A stretch of 64,000 bases of DNA from an uncultured bacterium (GTDB lineage: Bacteria; Verrucomicrobiota; Verrucomicrobiia; Limisphaerales; UBA8199): positions 320,001-384,000 of the forward strand of contig CAVVMW010000010.1 of assembly GCA_963749495.1 (NCBI GenBank). The letters are read 5' to 3'. The notes beneath the pieces were generated by a model. The model was not told the DNA's origin and made no database searches. It saw only the letters and a list, made by a program, of their open reading frames with translations. Below, piece after piece: positions 20,474 to 30,505 of the stretch. The position numbers and the translations under genes were made by a program. Within the stretch, counting starts at the first letter, position 1; every line of letters starts with the position of its first letter.

Positions 20474-22369
20474 ATGCAAATGAAAGTGAAAGTAGCTCAA
20501 ACCAACGGGCGGTCCTGGTTTCCTGCGTGTGGCGCGGCGCTTTGTCTGGCGGCAGTGGCGGCTGGCGCGGCTTCTCAAGGCGGGACGGGATTTGTTCTGG
20601 GCCGCGGCGCGCAGCGGCTCATGCTCGACCCGAACGGGGCTTTGGTTGCCTGGGCCGGGCAGTTCGAGCGGGCGGCAGACGCCCAGGGTGCGCTTGCCGG
20701 GGAGGTTCGCTACCGGGATAAGACCCTGAGACTCGAATCGCCTCAAGTCTCTCGCGCCGGAGATCGGTTGAGCTTCAGTTACCGGTGGGCCGCGGAGCCA
20801 GGGCTTGAGATCGCCGTGCAGCACGGGGTCGCAAAAGAAGGCGGCGCGCTCGTCTGGACCCGCGAGGTGCAGGTTCGGGGCCAGGCCAGGTTGGCGTCCG
20901 ATCTGACCGTTTGCCTCCAGTCCTGGCCCGGGCCGTTGCCCAGGCAGACGTGGCTGCCGCTGATCAATGGAACTGGCGCCGCGCTGGGCACCAACGAGGC
21001 CGCCGAGTTCCGTTTTGCGGGTGCCCTGCCTGGCAAAGGCGAGTTGCTCGCGCTGCCGATGGTCAGCATCCCCGCCAAGGGCGAGCGAGGCCGAATCCTG
21101 GTTGCGACCGACCCGTACTTCTCCACGCGATTCAGAGCCGGTGCCATCGAATGGACTTATCTGGCCGGGCCCGGCCTTGAAAACGGGTGCGAGAAGCGGA
21201 GCGTCATGGTGGCCGTCCACAGGGGTTCGAGCGACGAATCCCTCGCCTGGTTTTTCCGCGCAATCCTGCCGGCTGTGGCGCCGGGTCCGGCCTGGCTGCA
21301 CGACATCGCGATGGTGGATTATGACTATTTGAGCGATGGGGGCCTCGGCTGGTTTCGCGACATAGACGCCCTGGCGGCCGCGTTGCCCCCGAGGGACCGG
21401 CGGCAGGTGTTTTTGTGCCTGCACGGCTGGTACGACTTCCTGGGCCGCTACTGTTTCGATGCGCAGACGGGCAGGCTGGACCGGGAGTGGACGGCGTTCT
21501 CGAGTTACGAACTCACCCAAAAAGCCCCCGCCTCCGGAAACATCGGGGGCGAGCAGGTCAACGTGGGCTTTGCCAACTGCAAACCGGTGAAGACGTCCCT
21601 GGCCGACGTGCACCGCCGGCTGCGCCACGCCCGCTCGCGGGGGTTCCGCGCCGGGCTCTATTTCGCCGACGGCCTCAATGCGGGCGAGGGCCTGCCCGAT
21701 TTCGAACCGGCCCGCGTGTTGCAGTGGGGCGGCTGGCAGGGGCCCGATTCCAAGGGCAAGAGCTATCTCCAAAACCCGCTTCACCCCAAAGTGCGCGCCT
21801 TTTTCCTGGACTATGCCAAGGCCCTGCTCGAGGAATTCGGTCCTGACACCGACGCGCTGGTTTGGGACGAGACCTTCCATGTGGGGTGCGGGCAATTGGG
21901 CACGGAGGCCTGGCCCGGCTATGCCGACCGCGCCATGATGCGGCTGGTCCGGGAAGTGACTGCGCTCGTCGAGGAATACAACCGGCGGCACGGGCGGCGG
22001 ATTGCCTTTTTGACCTCGGATTGCCTGGGGGCGTTTGGGGACGAACTCAAGGGGCCGTATGGCCTGGTCTCTCACGGCACCTACCAGGACAGTTGGTGCA
22101 AGCCCGTGGCCTGGTCCTACGGCGTGTTCGCCAATTACCGGAACGTGCTCTGGTCCTGCTGCTGGTGGCCGGTCAGCAAGTGGCCGTGGGTGGAGTTTGG
22201 CGTGCGCCAGCACCAGGCCCCGGTCGCCATCTCCAACGGTTGGGGCGATGACAAAGGCTTCTCGGAAATGACCCCGCCGCAGCAGGCCCGCGTGATCGAA
22301 CTGTTCAACTGGCGCAAAAAACACTCCACCCGGCTAAAGTGGTTTGTTCAGTTGCCCGCTCAGCCATGA
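20474..22369 (+). CDS. Secreted hypothetical protein, possibly glycoside-hydrolase-like
   Basis: Signal-like N-terminus; C-half with 'HGWYD', 'GLYFADG', 'ALVWDET' reminiscent of GH TIM barrels. Confidence 0.55.
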   Translation: MQMKVKVAQTNGRSWFPACGAALCLAAVAAGAASQGGTGFVLGRGAQRLMLDPNGALVAWAGQFERAADAQGALAGEVRYRDKTLRLESPQVSRAGDRLSFSYRWAAEPGLEIAVQHGVAKEGGALVWTREVQVRGQARLASDLTVCLQSWPGPLPRQTWLPLINGTGAALGTNEAAEFRFAGALPGKGELLALPMVSIPAKGERGRILVATDPYFSTRFRAGAIEWTYLAGPGLENGCEKRSVMVAVHRGSSDESLAWFFRAILPAVAPGPAWLHDIAMVDYDYLSDGGLGWFRDIDALAAALPPRDRRQVFLCLHGWYDFLGRYCFDAQTGRLDREWTAFSSYELTQKAPASGNIGGEQVNVGFANCKPVKTSLADVHRRLRHARSRGFRAGLYFADGLNAGEGLPDFEPARVLQWGGWQGPDSKGKSYLQNPLHPKVRAFFLDYAKALLEEFGPDTDALVWDETFHVGCGQLGTEAWPGYADRAMMRLVREVTALVEEYNRRHGRRIAFLTSDCLGAFGDELKGPYGLVSHGTYQDSWCKPVAWSYGVFANYRNVLWSCCWWPVSKWPWVEFGVRQHQAPVAISNGWGDDKGFSEMTPPQQARVIELFNWRKKHSTRLKWFVQLPAQP

Positions 22370-22607
22370 ACGTCGGGGCCGCCGCACAGGCAGCAGAAAC
22401 GCTTGCTCTCCCCCCGCAGGAAGTCCAATGCAACTGGAAGGGCCTGAACGAAGATTGCCCCGTGTGCGACGGTTGCGGCTACGTCCCCGCCACCTGACGT
22501 ACTACGCATGTGCGCTGGTCACACAAATGAAACCACCCCGGGACCCTGCCGGTCCGCGCGATTCACATTGAATCCTCCGCCCGATCCGCTACCCTCCCCT
22601 CTCAACA

Positions 22608-23153
22608 GTGCAAACGAACCGATGCGCAACTTGCTCGCCATATCAGCATATCCGCCTGCTCACCGAGCGGATGGTCGAGCATTTCCTCGCGCGGCTCTTC
22701 CTGCGCGATCCGCCCCTGCGCTCTCTCACGTTAGTTGCCCCTTTTGTCAACACCATGCAGGACTGTCGGTACCCGCTGGCCGACCTGTCCGCCAAAATCC
22801 AAGCGCAGCGCATCCCCACCTATTTTGTCACCCGCAAGCCGGAAGAACCATGGCAGGAGGAGGCGGTCGCGTTGCTTGCGAAAAACGCATGGATCGAGAT
22901 TCGCTTCAACGAAGTCCTGCACGCCAAGGTCTTTGTTGCTTCCGCCATCCAGGCATCCGAATCGTTCGCGGTCTTTGGGTCCGGAAATCTCACGGGCGCC
23001 GCGATCAACTCCAATCTCGAAGTCGGCATGCTGCTGCTCGCCAGCGGCCCGGGTCGCAAGCTCGTGGACGAACTCTACTACTGGGCCACCAACAACCTGC
23101 GGGTTTTGCCGGAGAGCCACCTGTTTAAGCCAATGCACGCAACAACGAAATAG
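22608..23153 (+). CDS. Phospholipase D-family nuclease (single HxK motif)
   Basis: LVAPF, LHAKVF...FGSGNLT....SNLEVG; start could be the ATG at 22671. Confidence 0.82.
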   Translation: MQTNRCATCSPYQHIRLLTERMVEHFLARLFLRDPPLRSLTLVAPFVNTMQDCRYPLADLSAKIQAQRIPTYFVTRKPEEPWQEEAVALLAKNAWIEIRFNEVLHAKVFVASAIQASESFAVFGSGNLTGAAINSNLEVGMLLLASGPGRKLVDELYYWATNNLRVLPESHLFKPMHATTK

Positions 23154-23156
23154 ACT

Positions 23157-24333
23157 ATGCCAAATGAAACGTTCCAAGACTGGTTCTGCCTTAAGAACCG
23201 AGCCACGTTCACCATCGACCCCAAGGTCAATCCGGACGACGCCAAACTCTATTTCGGCCGCGAGCCGCTCCGCGAGCGCATCCGCAAGCAGGTATCGCGC
23301 GCCTTCATTGACCCCCAAGTCCCCAAGATGATGTTCTACGGCGCCTACGGCTCCGGCAAGACGCAGACGCTCTACCACATGGCCTGGGACATGGCGGCCA
23401 ACAAGCCCGCCTCCTGCAAGGGGCAACCGCATGTCGTTCACCTCGATATCGAGGTCCAGAGCAAATCCAGCGCCGACACTTGGCACCTCCAGATGACCGA
23501 GGCCCTCGAAATGGGCACCGTCCAAGGCTGGCTGCAGACCCTCTACAACGGGTCATCCAATTTCGATCAGGAAGTGGCTAAGCTCACGCCGGATGCCAAC
23601 CTCCAAATGGGCTTCAAAGAGCTTCGCGGCGGCGGCGATTCAGCCTTCACGGCGTGGCGCTGGCTTACAGGCCAGGATCTCTCCACCGGCGAATTGCAAG
23701 ACATCAAGGTCACGCGCACACTCGGCGACGTGGGCGTTGGGGACCTCGTTTCCGCCACCATCGCCCTCGGTCACCTGGCCCGCGCCGTGGGCCGCGAGCT
23801 CGATTTTCTTTATGGACGAGATGGAAGGCCTGCAGAACGTCAAACAGGGCGACGCTGCCGAATCCTGGCACGACTATCTCCGCAAACTCTCCGACAATTC
23901 CAACTCGTCCGTCGGCTTCGTTCTCGGCTTCAAAGCGGACACAATTGACGACGCGCCGCGCATCTTGGTCCGGCCTGACGTCACGTCCCGCATCGGCAAA
24001 CAAAATCTCATCGAGCTGGAAACCCTCGCCGCCCCGGCCAACGTAAAGACCTTCGTCGAGGACATGCTCAGTCACCTGATTGACCCGAGCAAGGCCACCA
24101 GCCTCATCCAGGCGGAATCGCTCCCGACAACGCTCAAGGCTTATCCCTTCACCGCCAGCGCCTTCGACCTCATGTGTGACTACGCATGTCAAGACCCGCA
24201 CAAGTCCACGCCGCGCAACATCATACGCACCATCAATGAGTGCGCCATCACCTCGTGGGATGCTACGCCGGCAAAGAAACGCGTCGTTGACGACGCCATC
24301 GTGAACGACATCGCGCTGGTGATCTTCGGCTGA
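23157..24333 (+). CDS. P-loop/AAA-type ATPase; frameshift near 23800
   Basis: Walker A GAYGSGKT in ORF 23157..23948; Walker B IFFMDEME and 'TPRNII' in ORF 23593..24333. Confidence 0.8.
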
Positions 24334-24350
24334 TCCCGGCATCGAGCGGT

Positions 24351-25730
24351 ATGAAGAAATTCACTACCAGACCGAGAGCCTTTCCGACATCGCCCGCCGA
24401 GTTCGGCATGCACGGCCGCAGCGCCGCCCACTGGGTTTGGCTCGGACGTCTCGCCGAGGCCGGCCCGCTCACGGAGGTTCGGCTTGACACCGCTCAGGCC
24501 CACGTCATTGGTCTTTTCGGCAAGCGTGGCTCGGGTAAGTCCTACACCCTGGGCACGCTAGTCGAAGGCATTTGCACGAAGGAAGAGAAAACCACCATCG
24601 CGGACAACTCGCGTGCGGTCGCCACCCTCCTTTTCGACACCCTCGGCATTTTCCAATGGATTGACATCGCCCTCAACGAAAAGAGCCAGAAGGAAACGGT
24701 CCAGCATCAGTTCGCTGCGCGGCGGGGTTGGGATCTGAAATCCGAACCGCTTGACGTCGCGATTTGGATTCCTCGTGGCACTCGTGAACCAAACACCCCC
24801 GCTTCGCACGCCGAGTTCACCATTAATTGTTCCGATTTCGCCCCTGAGGACTGGGGCTACCTTCTCGGCCTCGACATCTATCAGGATCGCATGGGCCAGT
24901 TGTTGAACGACGCCTATGTAAAAGTCACCGCCGAGGGCTGGCACGAAAACGATCTATTCCACAAACCGACCGACGCCTACTCCCTCTCCGCCCTCATCAA
25001 ATGCGTGGAGTCCGACAAGGAATTGCTCGCCACCTACGCCCCCGAGACGCGCCGCGCGCTTCGTCAGCAGCTTTGCACCTTCCAGCGCAATCCCGTCTTC
25101 GCCGACAATGGCACGCCACTGCCCGAACTGCTCAAGCCCGGACGCATGAGCGTGATCGTGATGAACAAAATGTCCGACGAACTCCGGCTGGTCGTCGTCG
25201 CCGCCGTTCTGCGCCGTCTCATCGCCTCCCGCGTGCGCGCGTCCGAGGCGGAGAAAACCCTAATGTTGGTAGATGACCTCGCCCCCAAGGACGCCCAGGC
25301 TTTGAAGCAATCCCTGCAGGATGCGATCCCGCAGACCTGGGTGGCCATTGACGAAGCTCAGAACATTCTGCCCTCCGAACGCGCCACGGCGGCCACCGAC
25401 GTCATCGTCAAATACGTCCGCGAAGGCCGCAACTACGGCCTGTCCTTCATCATCGCCACACAGCAGCCGACCAGCGTTGACCCGCGCATCCTTGCCCAGG
25501 TGGACACTCTTATCTGCCACAAGCTCACAGTCCAGGGCGACATTGACTACATCCGCCGCAATCTCAAATCAAACCTGCCCGAGGAGGTCAAGTTCGCCAA
25601 CTCAGTAATGAGCCTCGACGAATTGCTCCGCAGTCTCGACATCGGCCAGGCCCTCATTTCCAACACCGACACCGACCGCGCCTTCATGCTCGATATCCGC
25701 CCGCGCGTAAGCGTCCACGGCGGTTTCTAA
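24351..25730 (+). CDS. HerA/FtsK-like ATPase (DUF87 type)
   Basis: HVIGLFGKRGSGKSYT, VAIDEAQN, REGRNYGLS..ATQQP. Confidence 0.88.
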   Translation: MKKFTTRPRAFPTSPAEFGMHGRSAAHWVWLGRLAEAGPLTEVRLDTAQAHVIGLFGKRGSGKSYTLGTLVEGICTKEEKTTIADNSRAVATLLFDTLGIFQWIDIALNEKSQKETVQHQFAARRGWDLKSEPLDVAIWIPRGTREPNTPASHAEFTINCSDFAPEDWGYLLGLDIYQDRMGQLLNDAYVKVTAEGWHENDLFHKPTDAYSLSALIKCVESDKELLATYAPETRRALRQQLCTFQRNPVFADNGTPLPELLKPGRMSVIVMNKMSDELRLVVVAAVLRRLIASRVRASEAEKTLMLVDDLAPKDAQALKQSLQDAIPQTWVAIDEAQNILPSERATAATDVIVKYVREGRNYGLSFIIATQQPTSVDPRILAQVDTLICHKLTVQGDIDYIRRNLKSNLPEEVKFANSVMSLDELLRSLDIGQALISNTDTDRAFMLDIRPRVSVHGGF

Positions 25731-25733
25731 ACC

Positions 25734-26984
25734 ATGCCTGTCAAGATTCGCATTCTCAGCACCGCCAACAGGCACATGCAGCGTGCCGGGTTTCTCAAGC
25801 TGCTCGCGGCTCAGGTCGCACGGGTTGAAACCAGCAGCCTATCTGCTCTCGGCGGCAAACTTGTCGAAACCGTCACTAAACGCATCCGGGTCACCCCCCC
25901 ATTCAACGACGCGCTACGCGAGTACGTTCAGACTCGCCTTTTCGACCGAATCTATGCGGACCTGCGAAAAAATGTCCTTACCGGCAACGCTTCTGTCGGC
26001 ATCGAAATCCAAGACCTCTACCTCGCTGACACACGCCTGCCCTCCAGCACCGGCAAACTTGGCGAGAACAGCCGGCGGTTCTATCCGTATTTCGGCACCG
26101 CACTCGACTTCATCAGACCCGGCACCTGGTCCGCCATGACCCGGTCTCTCCTGCTCGCACACCTGACACCCAAGGAAGAACTAGCCGCGTGGGACAACCA
26201 CAACCCGGCCCACAACCCACTTATCATTTCCCCCGAGCAGGCGGCCGTCATCCTCTACTGTTTTCTCGATAACGACGCTTTGGTTCTGCTGCCTCTGTTC
26301 ACGAAACTTTTCGAACTCAACACCGCGGGGTTCGACGAGCGAACTGCGGGCGATTTTCTCCCGGCCATTCTGCGCAATGCCACATCAACCCTGAACAAAG
26401 GCTCACTCGCCTTCGAGGACCGCGAGCGCCTGGGCCAACTCGACAAGGCCGCCGAGAACATCGAGCGCTGGCGCGGCAAGCCTTACACAGGCGGCGGCGC
26501 ACGCGAGGAAAACATTCGCGGCCGCATCGAACCGTTCTGCGATTTCGGCTTGTTCAGCAAACCCGATCGCCATCGCTTCGCCTACAAACTCACTCCGGCT
26601 TTCAAACGCTTCATGGCCGACTGGAACGGCACCGACACAGATTATTTCCTTGAAAACCGCTTCTTCACGACGCTCGCCGCCATGCACGGCCTCAGCGTCA
26701 AGCCGGCGGGCGACACTGAGGCCCGCGATGCTCTCCGCGACGCAGGCGAAGCCCTCAAAAGCACTCTGGGCTACAGTCCCATCCGCGACTGCTCCTTGCT
26801 CGCCGGCATCAGGTTGTTGTTCGATCACCAGCGCGTTCTCGAACTTGGCACCAGCTTCAACACCCTCCGCGACTGGCAGAAGGCGGCGCCTGAAGTCGTC
26901 CGCTTCACCGTGGACCGCATGGGCGAACTCGCCTACGTCAAGTTCCTCAAACCCGCCGCACTCCCGGCCCGCGCCAACGCATGA
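25734..26984 (+). CDS. Hypothetical protein, 416 aa, within the defence-like operon
   Basis: Tightly coupled to both neighbours; no motif recognised. Confidence 0.8.
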   Translation: MPVKIRILSTANRHMQRAGFLKLLAAQVARVETSSLSALGGKLVETVTKRIRVTPPFNDALREYVQTRLFDRIYADLRKNVLTGNASVGIEIQDLYLADTRLPSSTGKLGENSRRFYPYFGTALDFIRPGTWSAMTRSLLLAHLTPKEELAAWDNHNPAHNPLIISPEQAAVILYCFLDNDALVLLPLFTKLFELNTAGFDERTAGDFLPAILRNATSTLNKGSLAFEDRERLGQLDKAAENIERWRGKPYTGGGAREENIRGRIEPFCDFGLFSKPDRHRFAYKLTPAFKRFMADWNGTDTDYFLENRFFTTLAAMHGLSVKPAGDTEARDALRDAGEALKSTLGYSPIRDCSLLAGIRLLFDHQRVLELGTSFNTLRDWQKAAPEVVRFTVDRMGELAYVKFLKPAALPARANA

Positions 26985-29900
26985 AAACCGTGTTGGCCGA
27001 CCTCTTCGCCCGCTTCGAAGCTGAAGTGGGCCAACACGATTTTGCGTGCCTACGCGTGACCCAGCGATGGCCTGTCGAGGACAGCACCGCGCTGCGCAGC
27101 CCGATTGGCTCGCTCCTCGTCCACGGCGTCAACGATGACGGGAAAACCGAGCCGCTCGTGTTGGTCGCCCTGACGCCGCCTCACCTCTCCACGGGTGATC
27201 CCGCTCTGCTCCAATTTGTTATCCGCCGTGCCCAGGCCAACAAAGCGCCCCACATACTCACCTGGACCTTGCGCGGCGCGGTGCTGTGGCGCACGCCGAA
27301 GCACGGCGCGCCCACCGACGCCAACAACCTCGAAAAACTCCGGGACTACGAAGACAACTACGACATCGCCCCCGGCAACGCGCCGCACATGTTCCACGAA
27401 ACCCGCCGCCGGCAACTCCTCCAGACCGGCCGCCGCCTCCTCGATGACCTGAAGCGCCTCCACAAAGACCAGGCGCTGGAGTTGGTCAACGTGGACGCCA
27501 CCTGGTTCGTTGGGCGCCTCATTGAATCCGTCCACGAACTGCTGCCGCTCGTCAGGGACTCGCTCCACCATCGCTTGGGCGTGGAGGACTCCTTGCGCGC
27601 CAACGTCGAGAAATGGGCCGTCACCCAGGGCATCGCCGGGTCTGCCGCCGACCGGGAGTTCGTCGAATCCATCACGCGCCAGATCATCTACCGGCTGCTC
27701 GGTAAAATCCTTTTCTACCAGAGCCTCCGTCGCGCCGCGCGTCAGTTGCCGCCTCTCACCGTGGACGGCCTCGACAGTTCCGAGGTTCTCCCGGCACTCA
27801 ATCGCGCCTTCGCCGAGGCGCTCGAGATTGATTACCACGCCGTTTTCGCCGAAGCCCTGCCCGACACCATCAAATGGCCCGCCGAAGCGGCGCGCAAACT
27901 CGCCGCCCTCGTTCACGACTTTAACACACGCGACTTTTCCAGCCTGCCCCAGGACGTCGTGGGAAAGGTCTTTGAGCGCCTCATCCCGCCGGAGGAGCGC
28001 CACCTTCTCGGCCAATACTTCACGGGTGAACCGCTTTGCGATCTCACCGCCGCCTTTTGCATCCGTTCGCCCAAGGACCTTGCGCTCGATCCGACCTGCG
28101 GCACCGGCACGTTCGACATCCGCTGCTACGACCGTCTGCGCTGGCTCGGGCAGCACGATCACCCGACCCTGCTCTCCCAGATCTGGGGCATAGACATTGC
28201 GCCGTTTCCCGCGGAGTTGGCCGTCATCAACCTCTTCCGCCAAAATGTGGCGTCTTCCGCCAACTTCCCGCGCATCGTGTGCCGTGATTTCTTCACCCTC
28301 TCGCCCGGCGAAACGCTCCCGTTTCCGCCGCCTAAGATGGACGTGCAGCGCCCCGAACAAGTCAACGAACCCATCCCGCAATTCGACGCCATTCTCGGCA
28401 ACTTTCCCTACGTCAGCGCGGATCAGATTGAGCGCACCAATGCCGACTACCTCGATTTCATCCGGCGACGACTCATCGCGGGCTGGTTCGACAATTACCC
28501 AGAGCTTTTCTGCTACGAGCACAAAAAAGATCAGGACAGTTTCGAGAAGGCCATTGCCGTCGGCAAACACGCCGATTGCGACCGCACCACCGTCCAACTT
28601 CGCACCTCGGTTTACGCCGACCTCTACGTCTATCTCTTCTTTCACGCCGCCCGCTTCCTGAAAATCGGCGGACGCATGGGTATCGTGACTTCTAACGCCT
28701 GGCTGGACGTAAACTACGGCTACGTCCTCCAGCGTTTCTTCTGCGACCGCTTCAAAATCGTTGCCATTCTCGAAAGCCGCTGCGAACCGTGGTTCACCGA
28801 AGCCAGCGTCAACACCGTCCTCACCATCCTTGAACTTTGCGACAATGCAAAACAGCGCGACGACCATCTGGTCAAGTTCGTCAAGGTGAAGAAACGCCTC
28901 GACGACCTCACCCCCGGCGACCCCAAAATCGAAGCGAAAGCCCGCTGGCGGAAACTGGAACAACTCACCGAGCGGATCGAAAAGGCCGGCAAACCATACA
29001 GCAAGACCGTCCCACTCAGCGTAACGACGATTGAGGACGACGATTTCCGCATCCGTATTTGTCGCCAAGGCGAGTTGCGCGCACATTTGGAGCGCGATGG
29101 CAAGACCGTTAAGTTGGGCACGTACTTGCGTGCGCCCGAAATTTTCTTCGATATGCAGAAGAAAGGGAAATTCTGCTTACTGAAGGACGTCGCTTTGCCA
29201 AAACGTGGAGGTGTTACGAGAATCAACGAGTTTTTTTACGTCACTGCGGAGGTCGTTGCACGGTTCGGCATCGAGGAACAATACTTGCTGCCCCTAATCA
29301 AGAGTCCGAAGGAGTCGAAGAAGATTGAAATCAACCCAAGCGAACTTCCGCTTCAGGTGTTCGTTTGCCGTGAGACGAAATCCGAACTCAAACGCCGCCG
29401 GCACAAAGGCGCACTCGCTTACATTGAGTGGGGAGAGGAACAGACCTACAGCGACGGCAACGACCAAGGATTGCCCTGGCCCAAAGGAACGTGGGTTAAG
29501 GAAAGACAGCCCGGCTGGTATGCCTTGCCTGATTCTGAAACAAATCCCAGCCAAATATTTTTCAGTAAGGCGCAGGATGACACCCACTTTCACCGCTTCT
29601 CGCGAAGCGAGCTGATCCCCGACCAGCGTCTCTATTACCTCGCCCCCGCAAAGGGGTCGAGCCCCGCGCTTCTTAGCGCCCTCCTGAACAGTAGCGTTTG
29701 CGCCCTTGCGACCGAGTTGGCTGGACCGGTAACAATGGGAGACGGCGTTCTTGAACTTCGAGTGGAGGATGCCCGCGACTACATGCTCGTTCCGGACCTT
29801 CGCGAGGTTTCAGGCGCCGAGAGCAAGACCATCACTGCTGCGTTCGAGAAAGTCTGTGGACGCGACATCGGTAATGTGTTCGAGGAGGTGAAGCAGAAAG

Positions 29901-30502
29901 ACCGGCACGCGCTTGACGCCGCTGTGCTCCGTGCCATCGGTCTCGACCCCAAGAACTCTCTCCCGCCGATTTACGACGGCCTTTGTGAACTGGTCCGCGA
30001 GCGCATCGAACTCGGCCAGATGCGCGGCAAGGCCCGCAAAACTAAAGCCCGCAAGACTGGCGCGGAGAAGCAAACCCTGCAGGACGTCCTCACGGAGGAA
30101 TTGCCCAACGGCCCGCACCGCTTCCCGGACGACTTCTTTTCGGACACAGCCAAGGCCCAACCCAAAACGGACATCGAACTTCCCGGCAAGGACCTCATCC
30201 TCGACACCGGCAGCCTCATTCCCGCGCTCTACGCCAAAGACAAGAGTTGGAGCCGCATGGTCAAGTCACCCGCCGAGGGCAAGTTGGTCCTTTACGCGCA
30301 ACAAGCCGGCCACAAGACGGCGCACGTTCCCGCCAGACCCGTGGAAATCAGCCGCACCGTCGCGAATTACGAAGGCTACCTGCGCGAGTTGCGCAAGCGC
30401 CTCTACGAAGCCTTCTATAACCGCACCCTCGACGCGAAAATGGCCGCCACCCTCACCCAGGCCGTTTTCGACAAGTTCCATTTGCCCAAAGTGGAGACGT
30501 GA
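26981..30502 (+). CDS. N6-adenine DNA methyltransferase with type IIG-like architecture and an apparently inactive N-terminal nuclease domain
   Basis: GQYFT, LDPTCGTGTF (motif I), GNFPY (motif IV variant), DLYVY, IVTSNAWLDVNYG; TRD-like region after it. Confidence 0.88.
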   Translation: MKTVLADLFARFEAEVGQHDFACLRVTQRWPVEDSTALRSPIGSLLVHGVNDDGKTEPLVLVALTPPHLSTGDPALLQFVIRRAQANKAPHILTWTLRGAVLWRTPKHGAPTDANNLEKLRDYEDNYDIAPGNAPHMFHETRRRQLLQTGRRLLDDLKRLHKDQALELVNVDATWFVGRLIESVHELLPLVRDSLHHRLGVEDSLRANVEKWAVTQGIAGSAADREFVESITRQIIYRLLGKILFYQSLRRAARQLPPLTVDGLDSSEVLPALNRAFAEALEIDYHAVFAEALPDTIKWPAEAARKLAALVHDFNTRDFSSLPQDVVGKVFERLIPPEERHLLGQYFTGEPLCDLTAAFCIRSPKDLALDPTCGTGTFDIRCYDRLRWLGQHDHPTLLSQIWGIDIAPFPAELAVINLFRQNVASSANFPRIVCRDFFTLSPGETLPFPPPKMDVQRPEQVNEPIPQFDAILGNFPYVSADQIERTNADYLDFIRRRLIAGWFDNYPELFCYEHKKDQDSFEKAIAVGKHADCDRTTVQLRTSVYADLYVYLFFHAARFLKIGGRMGIVTSNAWLDVNYGYVLQRFFCDRFKIVAILESRCEPWFTEASVNTVLTILELCDNAKQRDDHLVKFVKVKKRLDDLTPGDPKIEAKARWRKLEQLTERIEKAGKPYSKTVPLSVTTIEDDDFRIRICRQGELRAHLERDGKTVKLGTYLRAPEIFFDMQKKGKFCLLKDVALPKRGGVTRINEFFYVTAEVVARFGIEEQYLLPLIKSPKESKKIEINPSELPLQVFVCRETKSELKRRRHKGALAYIEWGEEQTYSDGNDQGLPWPKGTWVKERQPGWYALPDSETNPSQIFFSKAQDDTHFHRFSRSELIPDQRLYYLAPAKGSSPALLSALLNSSVCALATELAGPVTMGDGVLELRVEDARDYMLVPDLREVSGAESKTITAAFEKVCGRDIGNVFEEVKQKDRHALDAAVLRAIGLDPKNSLPPIYDGLCELVRERIELGQMRGKARKTKARKTGAEKQTLQDVLTEELPNGPHRFPDDFFSDTAKAQPKTDIELPGKDLILDTGSLIPALYAKDKSWSRMVKSPAEGKLVLYAQQAGHKTAHVPARPVEISRTVANYEGYLRELRKRLYEAFYNRTLDAKMAATLTQAVFDKFHLPKVET

Positions 30503-30505
30503 CGC

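Noticed and set aside
23780..23830. Programmed ribosomal frameshift in the ATPase
   Set aside because: No convincing slippery site plus structure, and similar indels occur throughout the window.
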